Assembly: GCA_965656375.1 (NCBI GenBank) | Contig: CBFHKH010000001.1 | Span: 345,319 to 409,318 of the forward strand | Source of the DNA: Minisyncoccia bacterium | GTDB lineage: Bacteria > Patescibacteriota > Minisyncoccia > Phycocordibacterales > UBA9973 | DNA: 64,000 nucleotides | Reading direction: 5' to 3' | Part shown: positions 58,811 to 64,000 of the stretch, one piece after another | Numbering within the stretch: position 1 is the first letter of the stretch | Layout of the letters: every line of letters begins with the position of its first letter | Notes under the pieces: generated by a model | Databases searched by the model: none | What the model was told of the DNA's origin: nothing | Seen by the model: only the letters and a program-made list of their open reading frames with translations | Position numbers and translations under genes: made by a program

Positions 58811-60610
58811 ATGCATACATTTCTCACATTCATAAAAGAATTTCGTATTCCAAAAAAAAGAGAACTTCGAGGTGCGCTCGCATCATTCACCCGTAAAAAG
58901 TTTTCCCTCTTTATAGCAGCACTCCTTGTAGCACTTGTTTCTATGATTGTGCTCCTTGAGAAGGTAAACACATCATTTATGGTTACTATCCCAGCTGATG
59001 GTGGCACTCTTGTCGAGGGAATCGTAGGCACTCCTACACTTGTAAACCCTGTACTTGCGCTTTCGGATGCAGATAAAGACATCGTATCACTTGTGTACTC
59101 TGGACTTATGAGAAAAACTCCGGATGGAACGTTTATTCCAGATCTTGCAGAGTCATACACGATATCACCTGATGGAATGACTTATACATTCGTAATGAAG
59201 AAGAATGTGAAATTCCATGACGGAACTCCTGTTACAGCAGACGACGTACTCTTTACCATCGCAAAAATTAAGGATCCGCTCATTAAAAGCCCACGCAGGG
59301 TTGGATGGGAGGGTGTAACCGTTGAGAAGACAGATGCAAACACTGTAGTGTTTACTCTCAAGCAGCCATTTATATCATTTATGGACAATACTACGATCGG
59401 CATATTACCGACTCATATCTGGAAGAACGTCACTGAAGCGGAATTCTCTCTTTCACCTCTTAACATCAAAGCAATTGGATCAGGACCCTACATGATAGAT
59501 GAAGTTATTAAAAATGATGACACTATTCCTGAAGGTTACAACTTGAAGCGCAATACGAATTTCGTACTCGGTACACCACACATCAAGAACATCAATATCG
59601 TCTCATATGCAAACGAAAAAGATCTAGTAAAGGATTTGGAAAACCATTACATCGATCAAGCAAGCGGGCTTTCTCCTCTCAATGCAGCAAATATAAAAAA
59701 AGCAGGATACACCATCCACACTGCAACCCTACCACGAATATTTGGTATGTTTTGGAACAGTGCAAACAATAAAGTACTTTTAGATCCGAACGTCATACAT
59801 GCGTTTGATGTAGCGCTCGATAGAAGTAGTATTGTAAATGAAGTTCTTGATGGATATGGAACAACAATTCATAGCCCAGTACCTGAGACTATTATAAAAG
59901 ATGCATCCGATACGATTAGAAGTACATCAGCGCTTGATGAGGCACGTGAAATCCTTGAAAAGGGCGGTTGGACAGTCGGCGCTGATGGGATCAGAACTCA
60001 TGGTGGAACAAAGACTGTCACGCAAACAAAAAAAGTTGGGAAGAAAACAGTAACGCAAAAAGTAACCGTAAATACTGGACCAGTGACAAAACTTGCATTT
60101 TCACTTTCTACCGGTAACACTCCTGAGTTACAGAAAGCAAGCGCCCTTATAAAAGAACAGCTCGAGGCGATCGGCGCACAAGTTGAGATAAAAGTGTATG
60201 AAACCGGTCCTCTCAATCAGCTTATACGAGAGCGTTCGTACGAGGCATTATTCTTTGGACAGATCATCAATCATGAATCAGACCTCTTCTCTTTTTGGCA
60301 TTCTTCCCAACGAGCAGATCCAGGGCTCAATATTGCTCTCTATAGCAACAAGGCAGTAGATGATATTCTCCTTTCAGTACAAAAGATATCAGACCAAAAC
60401 GCTCGCCTCGCAAAATACAAGGAATTCATAAAGCAGTTTGATACAAACATGCCTGCGCTCCTTATATATTCACCAAAATACTTATACGCAACATCATCAA
60501 AGCTTAATAACATAACCTTAGATACACTCACAATCCCGTCAGATCGTTTTGTATCAGTTCACACGTGGTATGCAAATGAAGAACACGTATGGAAAATATT
60601 TACTAAATAA
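58811..60610 (+). CDS. ABC transporter substrate-binding lipoprotein, family 5 (oligopeptide/dipeptide type), orphan: no permease or ATPase genes adjacent
   Basis: 599 aa; N-terminal anchor and SBP_bac_5-like core. Confidence 0.8.
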   Translation: MHTFLTFIKEFRIPKKRELRGALASFTRKKFSLFIAALLVALVSMIVLLEKVNTSFMVTIPADGGTLVEGIVGTPTLVNPVLALSDADKDIVSLVYSGLMRKTPDGTFIPDLAESYTISPDGMTYTFVMKKNVKFHDGTPVTADDVLFTIAKIKDPLIKSPRRVGWEGVTVEKTDANTVVFTLKQPFISFMDNTTIGILPTHIWKNVTEAEFSLSPLNIKAIGSGPYMIDEVIKNDDTIPEGYNLKRNTNFVLGTPHIKNINIVSYANEKDLVKDLENHYIDQASGLSPLNAANIKKAGYTIHTATLPRIFGMFWNSANNKVLLDPNVIHAFDVALDRSSIVNEVLDGYGTTIHSPVPETIIKDASDTIRSTSALDEAREILEKGGWTVGADGIRTHGGTKTVTQTKKVGKKTVTQKVTVNTGPVTKLAFSLSTGNTPELQKASALIKEQLEAIGAQVEIKVYETGPLNQLIRERSYEALFFGQIINHESDLFSFWHSSQRADPGLNIALYSNKAVDDILLSVQKISDQNARLAKYKEFIKQFDTNMPALLIYSPKYLYATSSKLNNITLDTLTIPSDRFVSVHTWYANEEHVWKIFTK

Positions 60611-60629
60611 TTAATACCACATAGACCCT

Positions 60630-62621
60630 ATGAATGAATCAACTCAGCACGGCCCTGGCAGTCAAAATCGAAGACCACGAAGCAGTCAGAATAATCGCTT
60701 TCATGCCCGGAAAGCAAATCCTGTGCGCGTATTGCATAAGAACAATACTCCTCACCACACAGGCACACCATCCAAAGGAGGACATGCGCCGCATGCAAGA
60801 ACGCCTCATCCTAAGACAGCAAGCAAATCAAGCTACCAATATGGGAGTGCTAAAGGCGGCAGACGCCCTCGAGCGGCTGCACCTGCCATAAACGAAAAGC
60901 CTGCTCTTCAAAAAAAGAAGACTAATCTAATTCCCCCACCAGCGCCAGGAGTCATTCGGATTATTCCGCTCGGCGGAGTCGAAGAGATTGGTAAGAACAT
61001 GACTGCGATTGAAATCGGTAATGATATTATCGTTATAGACGCAGGAATGCAATTTAAAACAGAAGATACGCCCGGTATCGATTACATTATCCCGAACACT
61101 ACCTATCTTGAAGAGCGTAAGGACAAAATCCGCGGCATGTTTGTCACGCACGGACACCTCGATCACATTGGGGGTATTCCTCTCGTTATGAGCCGCATCG
61201 GCAATCCACCACTGTATTCGCGCAACTTATCCATTCTTCTCATGAAGAAACGTCAAGAAGAATTCCCCCACCTTCCAGCACTCAATTGCCAGATCGTGGA
61301 GAAAGACTCAGTGATCTATGCAGGAGAAATGCGAATCAGATTCTTTGGAGTGACTCATACAGTCCCTGATTCTATGGGCATCATCATAGAGACTCCCTAT
61401 GGATCTATTGTTACTCCTGGTGACTACAAGCTCGACCAGATCGACGGCAAAGTCTCTGATGAAGAAGAAAAAGAATATAAATTCTTTGATAAGGAAAATG
61501 TTCTCCTCCTTTTGACTGACTCTACCAATATAGAGAATGAAGGCTTTTCATTACCAGAATCGAAGGTGAATGAAGGTTTGGGAAGATTGATCCGCTCATG
61601 TAGCGGGCGCATTATTATTGCGGCATTCGCTTCTCATATCACCCGCCTTGTAAAGATCGTCGAGACTGCAGAAGAGCTCGGTAAAAAAGTTGTACTTGAC
61701 GGGCGATCACTCAAAACCAATATGGAAGTTTGCGAGCAGGCTGGTCTCTTCAAACCCAAAAAAGGTACAATCATCCCTGTAGAAGACGCCGATAATTATC
61801 CGCCAAACAAAGTCATCGTGCTGATGACTGGAGCTCAGGGTGAAGAATTTGCTTCGCTCAATCGAGCAGCTAATAAGACCCATAAGAAATTTACCATTAG
61901 AAAAGGAGACACCATTATCCTTTCTGCTTCGATCGTCCCAGGCAATGAAATTTCTGTTCAACACCTCAAAGATAATCTTGCCCGCCACGGAGTAAAGATC
62001 ATAAGCTACAGAACTTCAGAAGAAACAATTCACGCCACTGGTCACGGAAATCAGGAAGACGTAAAATGGCTTCACCGGAAAACACACCCAAAGTTCTTCA
62101 TTCCTATTCACGGCTGGCATTCAATGCTCGTCAAGCATAAGGAAATAGCAATGTCTATCGGCATGAGTGAAGAGAACATTGTAGTTCCAGACAACGGATC
62201 TATTATCGAAATCACCAACGAAGGTACCAAAATCGGTGTCCGAAAAGAAAAGGCACCATCAGGACCGATGATGGTTGATGGATTCTCAGTAGGTGATGAG
62301 CAGGAAGTTGTCATCCGTGATCGAGTGATGCTCGCCCAAGATGGTATGTTCGTCCTTATTGCAACGATTGACTCTACAACTGGCAAGCTTCGCAAATCTC
62401 CAGATATCATCTCACGTGGATTCATCTATCTCAAGGAAAATCAAGAATTACTTCACCAGGTGCGACTCATTATCAAGAAGAGTATTGAGGATGGAACCCG
62501 TGGGATGAATCCTATCAACTTCGACAACATCAAAACTACTCTTGGGGATAATATATCGAAATTCCTTTTCCAAAAAACAGCTAAGCGTCCGCTTGTTATA
62601 CCAGTACTCTTAAGTGTTTAA
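60630..62621 (+). CDS. rnj: ribonuclease J (metallo-beta-lactamase plus beta-CASP) with a basic low-complexity N-terminal extension of about 105 aa
   Basis: VTHGHLDHIGG motif and beta-CASP motifs; N-terminal region rich in R/K/P/H/T. Confidence 0.9.
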   Translation: MNESTQHGPGSQNRRPRSSQNNRFHARKANPVRVLHKNNTPHHTGTPSKGGHAPHARTPHPKTASKSSYQYGSAKGGRRPRAAAPAINEKPALQKKKTNLIPPPAPGVIRIIPLGGVEEIGKNMTAIEIGNDIIVIDAGMQFKTEDTPGIDYIIPNTTYLEERKDKIRGMFVTHGHLDHIGGIPLVMSRIGNPPLYSRNLSILLMKKRQEEFPHLPALNCQIVEKDSVIYAGEMRIRFFGVTHTVPDSMGIIIETPYGSIVTPGDYKLDQIDGKVSDEEEKEYKFFDKENVLLLLTDSTNIENEGFSLPESKVNEGLGRLIRSCSGRIIIAAFASHITRLVKIVETAEELGKKVVLDGRSLKTNMEVCEQAGLFKPKKGTIIPVEDADNYPPNKVIVLMTGAQGEEFASLNRAANKTHKKFTIRKGDTIILSASIVPGNEISVQHLKDNLARHGVKIISYRTSEETIHATGHGNQEDVKWLHRKTHPKFFIPIHGWHSMLVKHKEIAMSIGMSEENIVVPDNGSIIEITNEGTKIGVRKEKAPSGPMMVDGFSVGDEQEVVIRDRVMLAQDGMFVLIATIDSTTGKLRKSPDIISRGFIYLKENQELLHQVRLIIKKSIEDGTRGMNPINFDNIKTTLGDNISKFLFQKTAKRPLVIPVLLSV

Positions 62622-62627
62622 CATCGT

Positions 62628-63803
62628 ATGAGACTGACTAAGCTCAACCGCATGTATCTTCTCTCGTTCCTCTTTACACTTCATATATCGCTCTCAGCGT
62701 ATGTAAATTCAACATTCCTTGCGGATGTTATCTCACCCGGATATGTGGGCATCATTTATACGATCGCATCACTTGTAACACTATTCTTGCTCTCTGAGAG
62801 TGCTGATATCTTGAAGTATTTTGGCAATCGGAAACTTGCTATAGCGCTCCTTTTGATCAATATGGCCGCCCTCACTGGACTTATTGCCTCAAATGATCCA
62901 TACATAATCGGACTTTCCTTTATCGCATTTTCAGTTACAAATACACTGGTATTTTTCTGTATCGATATCTTTATCGAGCATTTCGGTGATCCCGCTACAA
63001 TCGGCAAAACCCGAGGACTCTATCTCACGATTGGAAGTATCGCATGGATGATCTCCCCCCTTATCACTTCCCTTCTTATCGGGAGCGGTGGAAGTAGTTA
63101 TAGAGTTATCTACTTGATCTCATTCATCGCATGTGCGATTACTGCCCTTGGCCTAGTATTTTCGATTAGGAAATTCACTGATAGCGTATACAAGAAGACT
63201 CCTTTCCTTGCAACCTATCGATATTTAAAGGCGAATCATCACATGCTTGCAATCACAATCATAAACTTTATTCTTCAATTCTTTTATGCATGGATGGTGG
63301 TATACACACCGATATATCTCTTTGAACATCTTGGATTCGGATGGGACCAAATTGGAGTTATGTTTACTATTATGCTTGCTCCATTTGTGATTTTTGACTT
63401 ACCGATCGGTATCTTGATCGACAAATATCACGTAAGCAAACGAAAACTTCTGTACATCGGTATCGGCATTATGAGTATAGCTACGTTCTCTATCGCTTTT
63501 ATTGGAGTAGAAAGTATCGCGCTGTGGGCTCTGGTTCTCTTTTTAACCCGAACCGGAGCTGCAATCGTCGAAACGACATCAGAGATCTATTTCTTCACGC
63601 ATATCACTGAGAGTGATGCGTACCTCCTCGGAGTCTTTCGTGATATGTCTTCTGTCGCATATATCATTGCACCACTTATCGCCACTCTCCTTTTCTTATT
63701 CTTGCCATTCAAATACTTGTTCATTATCCTTTCTTGTATTATCTTAGCTGGACTTTACTACATTCCATATCTAAAATATTCCCATGAACCAAGCAAAAAT
63801 TAG
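62628..63803 (+). CDS. MFS transporter
   Basis: 12-TM topology; 391 aa. Confidence 0.7.
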   Translation: MRLTKLNRMYLLSFLFTLHISLSAYVNSTFLADVISPGYVGIIYTIASLVTLFLLSESADILKYFGNRKLAIALLLINMAALTGLIASNDPYIIGLSFIAFSVTNTLVFFCIDIFIEHFGDPATIGKTRGLYLTIGSIAWMISPLITSLLIGSGGSSYRVIYLISFIACAITALGLVFSIRKFTDSVYKKTPFLATYRYLKANHHMLAITIINFILQFFYAWMVVYTPIYLFEHLGFGWDQIGVMFTIMLAPFVIFDLPIGILIDKYHVSKRKLLYIGIGIMSIATFSIAFIGVESIALWALVLFLTRTGAAIVETTSEIYFFTHITESDAYLLGVFRDMSSVAYIIAPLIATLLFLFLPFKYLFIILSCIILAGLYYIPYLKYSHEPSKN

Positions 63804-64000
63804 CACCTATCCAATCAGAATTAATAGATATCTCGCCCTTCACAACTATGCTACCCGCACCGGCGCGGATGATCTTATAAAAAAGGGTTTTGTGACTATC
63901 AATGGTAAACGCGCAATCCTCGGTGATCAAGTAGAAAAAGGAGATGTTGTGGAGGTTAGTACCAAAGCCCCAAAGAAGAACTATGTATATTATGCATACA
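63784..64000 (+). CDS. pseudouridine synthase of the RsuA/RluB type, 5' part only (S4 RNA-binding domain), runs off the window
   Basis: IRINRYLALHNYATRTGADDLIKKGFVTINGKRA matches an S4 domain. Confidence 0.6.
   Translation, partial: MNQAKISTYPIRINRYLALHNYATRTGADDLIKKGFVTINGKRAILGDQVEKGDVVEVSTKAPKKNYVYYAY

Overview
This 64-kb window is AT-rich and tightly packed, and is consistent with a reduced genome of the Patescibacteria (CPR) type. Most coding genes are housekeeping: gdh, pepN, rnhB, dnaE, an M20 peptidase, secA, obg, a MYG1-family protein, dnaX, dus, an ftsQ-like gene, serS, dprA, dapF, topA, a short rel/spoT, parB, clpB, a cysteine desulfurase, infB, rbfA, secG, an orphan peptide-binding ABC lipoprotein, rnj, an MFS transporter and a partial rsuA/rluB. 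Small conserved-domain genes of unknown function are interspersed (YdeI, DUF1428, DUF305, NADAR, four-helix-bundle, holin-family, GatB/YqeY, HPF). RNA genes are a stand-alone 16S rRNA on the minus strand with its own promoter and terminator and no 23S or 5S nearby, RNase P RNA (rnpB, minus strand), and six tRNAs: Asn-GTT, Lys-CTT, Gln-TTG, Tyr-GTA, Cys-GCA and Leu-TAG. No CRISPR array, transposase or integrase was seen. The most unusual signal is a family of paralogous 120-180-nt structured elements, E1, E2 and a partial E3. E1 and E2 sit immediately 3' of tRNA-Asn and tRNA-Gln. Each ends in an exact 15-16-nt copy of the neighbouring tRNA's 3' end, begins with the matching 5' acceptor strand, and carries two internal perfect helices that differ in sequence between copies but stay paired (compensatory changes). 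E3 lies downstream of tRNA-Leu, separated from it by a 1.4-kb islet containing an HNH-like nuclease and an XRE regulator, and is bordered by a 21-bp perfect palindrome. Other observations are a roughly 30-nt intergenic repeat family around a GTTCnAAC core (7 copies), a 16S 3' end that lacks the CCUCC anti-Shine-Dalgarno sequence, a strong divergent promoter beside rnpB driving a short terminated transcript, a 36-bp palindrome in the leader of a 451-aa orphan gene, a 103-nt perfect in-frame DNA repeat inside a large FG-GAP surface protein, and a Tyr/Gly/Asp/Cys-rich secreted protein. Coordinates for features without ORF-track support are read from the printed line labels and may be off by 1-2 nt.
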